Below, in pieces: positions 1-8,205 of a DNA stretch of 64,000 nt. The notes below the pieces were generated by a model. That model worked only from the letters and a program-made list of their open reading frames with translations. It searched no databases and had not been told where the DNA came from. The position numbers and the translations under genes are program-made. This DNA is from Minisyncoccota bacterium (GTDB taxonomy: Bacteria; Patescibacteriota; Minisyncoccia; Phycocordibacterales; UBA2100). The stretch covers positions 66,845-130,844 of the forward strand of contig JAYWCB010000010.1 of assembly GCA_043780835.1 (NCBI GenBank), written 5' to 3'. Positions within the stretch are counted from its first letter, which is position 1, and each line of letters starts with the position of its first letter.

Positions 1-279
1 AAGCGTGTCGTCGATGATTTTGGTATGTGCTATTACTTCAGCTTCGAGCAACGCACTCACGCCTTCGTTGCAGATAATCGTCACGTCTGGATTATTGATG
101 CGCAGCTGTTTGAGTGAATCGAGATGATAGTGATCTGCATGCTCGTGCGTGTAGAGTATCGCGTCAATTCCGGTGAGCGCAACGTGTGTCTCGGCGGTAA
201 AAGCGCCCGGGTCGGTGAGTAACCGTATACCCTTTTCTTCAATCAGAAGGCAGCAGTGGCCATATTTCGTGATTTTCAT
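1..279 (-). CDS. MBL-fold metallo-hydrolase (3' end runs off window)
   Basis: Manual translation from ATG 279: MKITKYGHCCLLIEEKGIRLLTDPG...LYTHEHADHYH, with the HxHxDH motif; TATACT 6 nt upstream of the ATG. Confidence 0.85.
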   Translation of the reverse strand, partial: MKITKYGHCCLLIEEKGIRLLTDPGAFTAETHVALTGIDAILYTHEHADHYHLDSLKQLRINNPDVTIICNEGVSALLEAEVIAHTKIIDDTL

Positions 280-374
280 AGTGCGAGTATATCAAAGCGA
301 CTCGTTTTTAATCTTTTAAGCTGCACATTCCATATACACCGATCATGCGCTATAGCGTCATATCGGTGTATGGG

Positions 375-785
375 TCATTTTTGAAGTTTCGATGTTTTAT
401 AAATCTCGGGCTTAAACGGTTTGAGGCGCACAATGCGAGTTTCAAGATCGGCCTTTGCAAGTTCGGCCTGCAGTTCCTGCACATACTCTCCCGATTGATC
501 ATAGCCAAGCGCAATAATATCGGGGCGCTCGACAACAATGTGATCTATATAACCTTCGCGATCACCGAGCACGACTTCGTCTGCCAGCGGACACGCTTCA
601 ACGAGCTTCATGCGCTCGAGTTCACTGTGCCGCGGCTGCGTGCCTTTTATCCGCCGCGCCGATACATCTCGCGCAATCGAAACAATGAGATGCGGATCAG
701 GAACAAGTGCACAGGCTTGGCGAAACAAATCAAGATGCCCCTCGTGGAGCATATCGAACGTACCGAAGACCATGATGCGCTTCAT
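375..785 (-). CDS. Cytidylyltransferase-family nucleotidyltransferase, probable monofunctional (RibL-type) FAD synthetase
   Basis: [11 protein letters not shown] (HxGH), [21 protein letters not shown]; last gene of the riboflavin cluster. Confidence 0.8.
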   Translation of the reverse strand: MKRIMVFGTFDMLHEGHLDLFRQACALVPDPHLIVSIARDVSARRIKGTQPRHSELERMKLVEACPLADEVVLGDREGYIDHIVVERPDIIALGYDQSGEYVQELQAELAKADLETRIVRLKPFKPEIYKTSKLQK

Positions 786-791
786 CGTCTT

Positions 792-1253
792 TTATAGAAG
801 TGCGATCTCGAGCGCCGCGGCCGCGGCTTCGTGGCCCTTATTTTCTTTTCCTCGCGAGCGAGCCACAGCCTGTGCAAGATTATTCGTGGTGAGAATGCCG
901 AACGAAATCGGTATATGGTGATCAAGTGACAAACGCATGATTCCGTGGGAAACAGCCGATGAGATGTAGTGGTCGTGCTTGGTGTCACCTTGAATAACGC
1001 ATCCGAGCGCGACAATTGCATGCGGCTTTATTTTCTTAATAAGCTTCTGACACGCGACAGGAATTTCGAATGTCCCCGGTACGCGCACGATTGTGATATT
1101 TCGCACCTGTACATGCCACTCGCGAAGCGTAGAGAGCGCCGCTTCGAGCATATTCTCCGTGATGTCGCTGTTGAACGTTGATACAACGAGCGCTACTCTG
1201 AGCTTTGATGCGTTAGCGACGAAGCGCTCTTTTTTGTACTCCGTTCGCTGCAT
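792..1253 (-). CDS. ribH: 6,7-dimethyl-8-ribityllumazine synthase
   Basis: VSTFNSDIT, VPGTFEIP, LGCVIQGDTKH, PISFGILT, NKGHEAA; start taken at MQRTEY. Confidence 0.95.
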   Translation of the reverse strand: MQRTEYKKERFVANASKLRVALVVSTFNSDITENMLEAALSTLREWHVQVRNITIVRVPGTFEIPVACQKLIKKIKPHAIVALGCVIQGDTKHDHYISSAVSHGIMRLSLDHHIPISFGILTTNNLAQAVARSRGKENKGHEAAAAALEIALL

Positions 1254-1854
1254 TGCGGAGTACTGTACCACCCTTCAAAGTCGCAGCAATACCGTATCGC
1301 GCGAGGTAATCAACCTCGATATTTACGCCGTCACCTATCGCGATGAGGCCGAGGTTTGTGTGCGTGAGTGTATGGGGAATAAGCGCAACGGTACAGGTGC
1401 GGCTCTTAAGTCGGGCAACCGTGAGCGCGACACCATCGACGGTAATTGATCCGTGCAGTGCGACGTACCGTGTGAGCGCACTCGGCAGGTGCAGAGAGAT
1501 TAATCGCGATGAGCCTTGCGCTGTGATGTCTCTGACTGCAGCTTCTGCGTCCACGTGTCCCAACACGAAGTGCCCATCGATTCGCGCGCCGTACACGAGC
1601 GAGCGCTCAAGATTCACCACCGAATCTTCAGTCATCGCGCGTGCCGTAGTTTTCAATATCGTTTCCGGCATGTAGTCGACTTCAAACGTTGTCGCTGATT
1701 TCGCAACGACCGTTGAGCAAATACCGTCTATTGAAATACTTTGTCCGAGCACCAATTTCCAACCGCGCGGTTTTTCGATGCGCACACGAATCCCCTGGTG
1801 TTGTGACAGTACCGCTTTCACCCTCCCCGTCTTTTCGATAATGCCGGTAAACAT
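1213..1854 (-). CDS. ribE: Riboflavin synthase (alpha chain)
   Basis: N-terminal MFTGII, SISIDGICSTV, VNLERSL, GHFVLGHVD, GSITVDGVALTV, VNIEVD. Confidence 0.96.
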   Translation of the reverse strand: MFTGIIEKTGRVKAVLSQHQGIRVRIEKPRGWKLVLGQSISIDGICSTVVAKSATTFEVDYMPETILKTTARAMTEDSVVNLERSLVYGARIDGHFVLGHVDAEAAVRDITAQGSSRLISLHLPSALTRYVALHGSITVDGVALTVARLKSRTCTVALIPHTLTHTNLGLIAIGDGVNIEVDYLARYGIAATLKGGTVLRNAANGVQKRALRR

Positions 1855-1857
1855 GCG

Positions 1858-2889
1858 CTATGCGACAGCGACTGTCTCGTCGCGATTCTCGCGACTGAGC
1901 ATGAAGAGGGCGAATAGAAGCAGTATGGTTCCGATCCACTGTCCCACAAAAAGACCGAAGTGTGTACCGGGCAACACATTACCTGCGATAAAGTACGCGT
2001 TTACAAATACTGCCGCAAGCGGAAAACCGAGCTCGGCAAGCGTTGCGATCGACGCTTTTGTAAATTGGAGTCCGTAGTAATAAATAGAAAGTGAAAGACT
2101 TCCGGAAACAACCGCAACGATAGCAAGAAAGAGCCAGTCCTTCGGGGTGACGGATTCAAACGGCGGCAGTTGGTCCTGTACCGTCGTCATAAAGAATAGA
2201 AATATAAACGCGATCCCAAAGCGGAGTGCCGTCAGCATTTGAAACGAACTCACGCGTAGTGCGTATTTACCGAGCACTGTTGAGGCACCCCACAGAACCG
2301 CCGCGAGTAACGCATAGAGTACGCCGATGGTATTGGGATTGAAAACCTCTCCTTGATACATGCGCGGTACAAAATCCGGAAAACTGATGAGATACGCGCC
2401 GAGAATGGCAATAGCGGCCCAGAGCCAGAAAAATTTATGCATGTGCTCTTTGAGAAAGAGCGCTGCCAATGAAATAGCAATCAGGGGCTGCACTTTTTGC
2501 AACAGGATTGCAACGGAAGGATTTACGTATTTGAAAGACTGCGTAAACGCGACCGACGCGAGCGCCGAGCCACCGATTGCGATCACGAGAATTGCCGCCC
2601 ACTCACGTCTGGTGAAATTCCGCAGTTCTCGCCAATTGAAAAAGAGTACGGGGATTACAAATAATAAATTTACCGCGTGTTCGGCGAACACAATAAAACT
2701 CGACGATAAATCCTTTGTAAGATGCGCACGAAACGGTGCGTCTGTTGCCCACAGCATTGCTGCGATAAAAACGAGAAGCGGTCCTATAAACGCGAGCGTA
2801 CGCGATACAGGCTTCATCCCGTTAGAAATCGCGCCCGCGCTTTGCGCGCCCGCAGGGCCTGTGGGCGGGCTATTTCTAACGGGATTCAT
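1858..2889 (-). CDS. DMT/EamA-family transporter within the riboflavin cluster; the first 24 aa come from a palindromic insertion
   Basis: ~10 TM segments, two EamA halves (LWATD; LWGASTVLGK; GLQFTKASIATLAEL). Confidence 0.85.
   Translation of the reverse strand: MNPVRNSPPTGPAGAQSAGAISNGMKPVSRTLAFIGPLLVFIAAMLWATDAPFRAHLTKDLSSSFIVFAEHAVNLLFVIPVLFFNWRELRNFTRREWAAILVIAIGGSALASVAFTQSFKYVNPSVAILLQKVQPLIAISLAALFLKEHMHKFFWLWAAIAILGAYLISFPDFVPRMYQGEVFNPNTIGVLYALLAAVLWGASTVLGKYALRVSSFQMLTALRFGIAFIFLFFMTTVQDQLPPFESVTPKDWLFLAIVAVVSGSLSLSIYYYGLQFTKASIATLAELGFPLAAVFVNAYFIAGNVLPGTHFGLFVGQWIGTILLLFALFMLSRENRDETVAVA
2813..2889. repeat. 72-bp palindromic insertion with 14-bp terminal inverted repeats, flanked by a duplicated TTCAT (ATGAA on the gene strand)
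   Basis: ATCCCGTTAGAAAT at 2816-2829 vs ATTTCTAACGGGAT at 2872-2885; two internal GC hairpins. Confidence 0.85.
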
Positions 2890-3236
2890 AGATGCGAAAA
2901 GTATGCACGAACCGCATCAACATCGGAAGCAATGGCTGTCTGCAGTGCTTCATCGGTTTCAAAATGCCGATTGCGGCGGATTTTTTTGTGGAGCACAATT
3001 TTGGCTTCACGACCGTAGAAGTCGTCCGAGACATCGAGAATGTATGCTTCCAGCAACCCGCGAAGCGGATCAGCAAAGGCGGCGGCGATTCGTTCGCGAC
3101 CGTCGATTACGACCGTTGCCGCAAAAATACCGTCTACATTCATGTTGTCGATGCCGAGATTAATCGTCGGATAGCCGAGCGTTGCGGCACGCTGTGAACC
3201 GCGGATGACCGTTCCGGAAAAGGACTTCATCGGCAC
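2886..3236 (-). CDS. Stand-alone riboflavin kinase (RibF C-terminal domain)
   Basis: GTVIRGSQRAATLGYPTIN, GIFA, LEAYILD..DDFYG, KIR..RHF, IASDV. Confidence 0.9.
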   Translation of the reverse strand: MPMKSFSGTVIRGSQRAATLGYPTINLGIDNMNVDGIFAATVVIDGRERIAAAFADPLRGLLEAYILDVSDDFYGREAKIVLHKKIRRNRHFETDEALQTAIASDVDAVRAYFSHL

Positions 3237-3307
3237 AGTGTACTCGTTTTCCTGAAATCGGATACTTGAAAGCCCGTCGCCGACGGGTCATACGCTACAA
3301 TAACCCC

Positions 3308-4132
3308 ATGGCTTCACTCATCAATGCACTGCTTTTGGTAGCTCTTTCCCCATTTTTGTTTGCGCTCGTGATTTTGTGTATCGATATGGTGTGGGTATTT
3401 TTGATCGCGCTATATCTTCGCAATAACGGTATCGTCGATATTGCATACGGCCTCGCGTTTATTCTCGTTGCAGCGACAACGCTCTATAACTTTGGAGCGT
3501 ACCCCCTCGGTGGGATCGTGACGACACTTGTATCGGTGTGGGGCTTGCGCTTGGCCATACGAATTCACGAGCGCACTCGCACCCATCCCGAGGATTTTCG
3601 TTATGCGGCGTGGCGTGAACGATGGGTATGGTTTAAAACCCGCAGCTTCTTTCAAATATATATGTTGCAGGGATTTATCGTATGGCTTATTTCGCTCCCG
3701 GTAATCTTTGCGAACACCAATCCGGCACCTGTATTTTCGATTCTCTCCGCAGTCGGCCTCTTCGTATGGCTTACCGGTTTTTTCTTTGAGGCAGTCGGTG
3801 ATTACCAACTCGACACGTTCATCAAAGACCCGCTCAACAAAGGTGCGTTGATGACGAAAGGTCTGTGGAGCATTACGCGACACCCGAATTACTTCGGTGA
3901 AGCAACGATGTGGTGGGGTATGTGGCTCATCGCACTGCCGTCCATACTGCCCTTTGGAACCGGCATAGTTGTGGCAACGTGCGTTTTCAGCCCAGTACTG
4001 ATCACCGTCTTGCTTCTAAAAATATCCGGTGTTCCGATGCTCGAGGCAGCAATGCAGAAAAAAGACGGTTGGGATGCGTATGCATCGCGTGTTGCTATGT
4101 TTGTCCCCTGGTTTCCGAAACGCACGGATTAA
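3308..4132 (+). CDS. DUF1295 / steroid 5-alpha-reductase-like membrane protein
   Basis: NNGIVDIAYG, WGLRLA, EDFRY, EAVGDYQL, GLWSITRHPNYFGE, SGVPMLE. Confidence 0.9.
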   Translation: MASLINALLLVALSPFLFALVILCIDMVWVFLIALYLRNNGIVDIAYGLAFILVAATTLYNFGAYPLGGIVTTLVSVWGLRLAIRIHERTRTHPEDFRYAAWRERWVWFKTRSFFQIYMLQGFIVWLISLPVIFANTNPAPVFSILSAVGLFVWLTGFFFEAVGDYQLDTFIKDPLNKGALMTKGLWSITRHPNYFGEATMWWGMWLIALPSILPFGTGIVVATCVFSPVLITVLLLKISGVPMLEAAMQKKDGWDAYASRVAMFVPWFPKRTD

Positions 4133-4229
4133 AACAAGACTCGGTTATCGCTAAACCGAATCTCAGCCGCGTTCTGACGACTCATCCGACACAGAGGGCT
4201 TTTTTCCTGGAAAAATGTACCATAGCGAT

Positions 4230-4919
4230 ATGACGATTGGACTCATCCTGCTGTGGATCGGCGTGATATCGCTGATTGGCGTTGGTGCGGCATATTATGC
4301 GCGCATTACTGATCGCGCTGATGCGATCGTTGCGCTCTACGTAACGCTTGTCATTACCTCTAATTTGGTAGCCTCGAAGATCGTCGGATTCGATCTGGGT
4401 TTTACAACACTCTTTGCGCCCGGTGCAACGCTTCTTTTTTCCGTAACATTTCTCCTCACCGACATCGTCAGCGAAAAGTTTGGGCGCGCCGCAACACAAC
4501 GCATGATCTTTATCGCTTTTCTTTCGCAAATCGCATTTCTCATCTTTTCTTACATTGCGGTCTCAGCGACCCCGGCGCCCTTCTTTACCGGACAGGCGGC
4601 ATTCGAAGCGGTATTTGCGTCGGTACCACGCATTGCGGCCGCCGGCCTTGTTACTTTTTTGATCAGTGAATCGCTGGACGCGTATCTGTACCAATGGTTC
4701 CGGCTGAAAACGCACGGACGACATGTATGGATGCGTAATGCATTCAGTTCAATTCCGGCGATGTTGCTCGATAGCGTGCTGTTTGTAACGCTGGCCTTCT
4801 ACGGAGTGACGCCGATTCTGCCGCTGATCATCGGACTCACTGCTATTAAATGGATCGTCGCCGTTATCGATATTCCGTTTATGTACATCGCCCGCGCCGT
4901 CATTGGCGCAGGAAAATAG
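4230..4919 (+). CDS. Queuosine-precursor transporter (VUT/YhhQ family)
   Basis: SNLVASKIV, FLLTDIVSEKFG, PRIAAAG, WMRNAFSS, DSVLFVTLAF, DIPFMY. Confidence 0.88.
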   Translation: MTIGLILLWIGVISLIGVGAAYYARITDRADAIVALYVTLVITSNLVASKIVGFDLGFTTLFAPGATLLFSVTFLLTDIVSEKFGRAATQRMIFIAFLSQIAFLIFSYIAVSATPAPFFTGQAAFEAVFASVPRIAAAGLVTFLISESLDAYLYQWFRLKTHGRHVWMRNAFSSIPAMLLDSVLFVTLAFYGVTPILPLIIGLTAIKWIVAVIDIPFMYIARAVIGAGK

Positions 4920-5081
4920 CTGGATTCCGAAACAAAGCGAGCGGATACGGGCATCTCGGTGATTACAAAAATGCCCAGGAGCTATTGCTTTCTCATGATG
5001 GAATTGTCCCATGTGCACTTATTTCAATCTACAGAGCGGCTCTCTCCGCAACAAGTCGCCGGTATTGTATATTGAAAAGAT

Positions 5082-6203
5082 ATGGAAGGCTGGAAACCAA
5101 AGCGCTTAGAGATTCTCTCTCATGAGGAGTCTGCCTCTGAAGGGCTTGTGAGCGCCGAAGAGCGAACACGTCTGGCGTATCTCGAAGAATGGGAGCAACA
5201 ATGCACCCCTGAGCAGATGAAGCGAATCATCGATAAAGTTCAAGACTTAGACAGAAGAGGAATTGCGTACTCGCGTGTCATGAGACTTTTGCAGCAGGAT
5301 TTTAATTTCGAATCGGCTACGATGAAAGAACTTGAAAAATGCTACCCCGAACAATTCGAAAAAGGCATCGAGAAAGAGGATCGGCGAAAGCTGTACAACG
5401 CTTCTTTGTTCCCGTTACAGATGAATTCTAGTTAGTCGGAATTAGAGAAAATACTTGCGCAAGGATTAATCGGCGGCGTTAAAGACATTCCTATTGAATC
5501 TGCTCGCGACTATAGACGAGTAATCAAGAGCCGATCATCTTATGGCCGACTGGTTCATTTTAATATTACAGGTAGGGAGCAGTGGGAACATGAGCGGAGA
5601 CCCTATAACAAGGATATCGCAGCGGAGACACGTCCGGTCTTAGAGATCGGCTCCAAAAGTTATACAGAGTACGCGGACACCGTTACCGTAATTTTTGATA
5701 TAGATGACCTTAGTGAAGTTTCTCCAGGCGAGAAGACGTTCGACGTAGGTCACACTAGGTCAATTTCAAAAACATTTACATTGGGTGATAAAAGTTCGAT
5801 CCCTTATTCTGTACAAGATTTGGTCCCTCCGGCTGGAACCCCACTGTCAGATGTTGACGAAAACGGTTTTGGAACATTTGATACCGGTAGTGGCCACCGA
5901 GAAACTATTCGAGCCACTGCCGAGTATGGATTTATTACTCCATCAAGAATTCCCCCAAAACGATTCGCCGGAATTGTTTATACACCGATAAAAGAGGGTT
6001 CTGCATATGGACCGGCATCGATATTTTATACGGACGAAGAATTACAACGGCCCGTACGAAATATCGCTGCAACCATGGTCAAGGTGAATGAGAAAACTCC
6101 AGAGAGGATTGTGCCTGTGTACGATTCTAGAGGAAATCTGTTATGGCCTAAACAGATGCATTATGAAAAGGTAAAAGAGCTGGTTCAGAAGAAAACTTCA
6201 TGA
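5082..6203 (+). pseudogene. Single ~373-codon reading frame broken by one in-frame TAG (5433-5435); possible ADP-ribosyltransferase-like fold
   Basis: ORFs 5082-5435 and 5781-6203 are in the same frame, and 5436-5780 translates without stops (SELEKILAQGLIGG...VHFNITGRE...VIFDIDDL). Confidence 0.7.
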
Positions 6204-6319
6204 GTCAAAACTTTCGAATAACTATTGCGGGCCGTCTTGAGCTAGAACCGTGGTCGGTCAATCCCTGTTTGACGGAATAGCTACATTCTACACGACCCAA
6301 TCGACGCGACTTGGGCGCG

Positions 6320-6835
6320 CTATTTTACATAGTCTATTTCTAAATCCATTTGAGTTTTAAGTTGTAAAACCCTTTCCATTACATGGTCTCCGATTTCTCC
6401 CCAATCAAAATATTTCTTGTGGTCCTTCGGGTCTATGAGTTCTATCCCAGTAATCTCTTCATCGTCAGGATCTCGTACAAAGGGACCGTATGGCTCAACG
6501 ATACAAACTGACCGTGTTTGAGTAATGATTTTCCCTGGTTCAGATATTTCTTGAAAACCAACAAAACGCTGCTTCAATACCTTCATATTTGTTTCTTCTT
6601 TTACTTCTCGAGTTACTGCATCACGAGCGCTTTCTCCAATTTCTACACTTCCTCCCGGCGGAGTCCAGTATCCTTTTAAGTGGGAATATACGACTACAAG
6701 CTTGTCTTTGTAAAAACAATACGCATGAACTCCCGAAATCTTTTTATCTTTGAAATCGAGTTCGCTTTCAATGTCTTTATATGTGACGTTTAAGGCTTGT
6801 CCGGAGCGATTGGTGAGAGTCGATTGCATTTCCAT
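6320..6835 (-). CDS. NUDIX hydrolase
   Basis: Nudix box PGGSVEIGESARDAVTREVKEETN; TACAAT 6 nt before ATG 6835. Confidence 0.92.
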   Translation of the reverse strand: MEMQSTLTNRSGQALNVTYKDIESELDFKDKKISGVHAYCFYKDKLVVVYSHLKGYWTPPGGSVEIGESARDAVTREVKEETNMKVLKQRFVGFQEISEPGKIITQTRSVCIVEPYGPFVRDPDDEEITGIELIDPKDHKKYFDWGEIGDHVMERVLQLKTQMDLEIDYVK

Positions 6836-6904
6836 ACAGTAATTGTATCGCCGTTTCAGCATCTAAGAAACGACGCATCTCGAGCGCGATGACCGCGCTC
6901 TAAT

Positions 6905-7086
6905 TGGCGGAGGGGGAGAGATTCGGTCAAGCGCTCGAAATATTGCCGACGCAATATTCCTCCGCCTGACCACGCTCGCGCCGCTCCATCTGCTGATGGA
7001 GCCTCCGGCGCTCGCCTTCGAATCCCTCCCTCAATCTCGCAATGATGAATCAAAAAAACCCCTTACCGGAGTCTTTTCGAATCATT
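6905..7086 (-). repeat. Structured element downstream of tRNA-Ser, ending in a direct copy of the tRNA 3' end plus CCA
   Basis: 19-bp direct repeat 6907-6925 = 7087-7105; inverted T-arm copy at 7017-7032; internal hairpins with AGCA and GTCG loops. Confidence 0.8.
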
Positions 7087-7087
7087 G

Positions 7088-7172
7088 CGGAGGGGGAGAG
7101 ATTCGAACTCTCGAGACCTTGCGGCCTGGCGCATTTCAAGTGCGCTGGAATCAACCACTATCCGACCCCTCC
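7088..7172 (-). tRNA. tRNA-Ser(TGA)
   Basis: GGAGGGG/CCCCTCC acceptor stem, anticodon arm GCGCA-CTTGAAA-TGCGC, long variable arm, GTTCGAATC T-loop; no encoded CCA. Confidence 0.95.
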
Positions 7173-7173
7173 G

Positions 7174-7659
7174 TTACGTGACCACAGTACCATTAAGCCA
7201 ACTTTTTCCTAAATGATGCTCTTCGTAGTGACAATTCGGACATATGAGCTCCAGATTTTCAAGTTCATTGTTGTTTCGATTACGATCTCGATGATGTACG
7301 TGTAATATTTCAACCCTGCTGTACCTGCATCGTTCGCATTGTGTGCCACGCACTGCAATCAATCTTAACTTGACCGCTCTCTGATTTTTAACCTTATCTT
7401 TGGGACTTCCTATTTTATATTTGATGCCTGCACGATTTTTATTGGCGCATGCCCTACTACACGTCTTCTTATGTAAACTGGCTAATATAGGAGTCGCACA
7501 AATAATGCACGGATTTTCTTTTCTCGATGCGAGTCCGTAACAAGCTGAACTACAATACGCCATCCCCTTACTTCGAAGCAATTCAATCGGTCTTCGGTAT
7601 ACCGATTTGCCGCATATCCCACATTTCGAATTTGGATGTCTCATATGATACTCAGCCAT
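7174..7659 (-). CDS. HNH endonuclease with N-terminal Cys-rich zinc-finger repeats
   Basis: CGICGK, YCSSAC, CIIC, CSRAC, then CERC...LHVHHRDRNRNNNELENLELICPNCHYEEH. Confidence 0.9.
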   Translation of the reverse strand: MAEYHMRHPNSKCGICGKSVYRRPIELLRSKGMAYCSSACYGLASRKENPCIICATPILASLHKKTCSRACANKNRAGIKYKIGSPKDKVKNQRAVKLRLIAVRGTQCERCRYSRVEILHVHHRDRNRNNNELENLELICPNCHYEEHHLGKSWLNGTVVT

Positions 7660-7734
7660 ACAACCATTCTACCATCCACTTTCCGACACCCATTCTGATC
7701 GTGCGAGTGACGCGGTGTTACAATAATTCTATCT

Positions 7735-8205
7735 ATGCCCGATCATACGGTTGTCTTGCGATGGAATGCGTACGAACACGAACACGTTGAGCGCGGGTCG
7801 GAGTGGTTTTGGGCGCTCGGGATTGCTGCCGTCTGCGCCGCACTCACCGCAATTCTCTTGAGCGACATTATGTTTGCAATTCTTATTTTGGTCGCCGCAT
7901 TCACTATCGCGCTGCTTGCGCGCCACGCACCCGATGTTTCCACGTTTGAAATTTCCACAAAGGGCGTGCGCGTGGATCGTGTACTTCACCGCTACGACGA
8001 GATTATTTCGTTTTGGGTAGAAGACGAGCACGACGGGCATCCGCTCCTCTTAATCGATACGATTAAATTTATGTCACCGAATCTTATTATTCCCATCCAC
8101 GATATTGAACCGGGACTCGTGCGGGCATATATGCAGGAGCACACAACGGAAGTGCACATGAAAGAACCCTTCGCACACAAGGTGCTTGAATTCTTTGGTA
8201 TTTAA
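7735..8205 (+). CDS. Conserved membrane protein (2 TM + PH-like C-terminus), CPR-type
   Basis: WNAYEHEHVERGSEWFW followed by two hydrophobic helices; TACAAT upstream. Confidence 0.7.
   Translation: MPDHTVVLRWNAYEHEHVERGSEWFWALGIAAVCAALTAILLSDIMFAILILVAAFTIALLARHAPDVSTFEISTKGVRVDRVLHRYDEIISFWVEDEHDGHPLLLIDTIKFMSPNLIIPIHDIEPGLVRAYMQEHTTEVHMKEPFAHKVLEFFGI

Noticed and set aside
3237-3307. FMN riboswitch upstream of the rib cluster
   Set aside because: The intergenic space is only ~70 bp and lacks the RFN consensus.
4133-4229. preQ1 riboswitch upstream of the queuosine transporter (hairpin TCGGTT...AACCGA)
   Set aside because: No A-rich 3' tail or conserved loop, and a -10 box directly before the ATG leaves no leader.
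5433-5435. Genome-wide stop-codon reassignment (TAG or TGA read as sense)
   Set aside because: TAG ends conserved genes at the expected places (rpsT, dnaA, ruvB) and TGA does too (tsaE, VirB4, usg); only one gene is interrupted.
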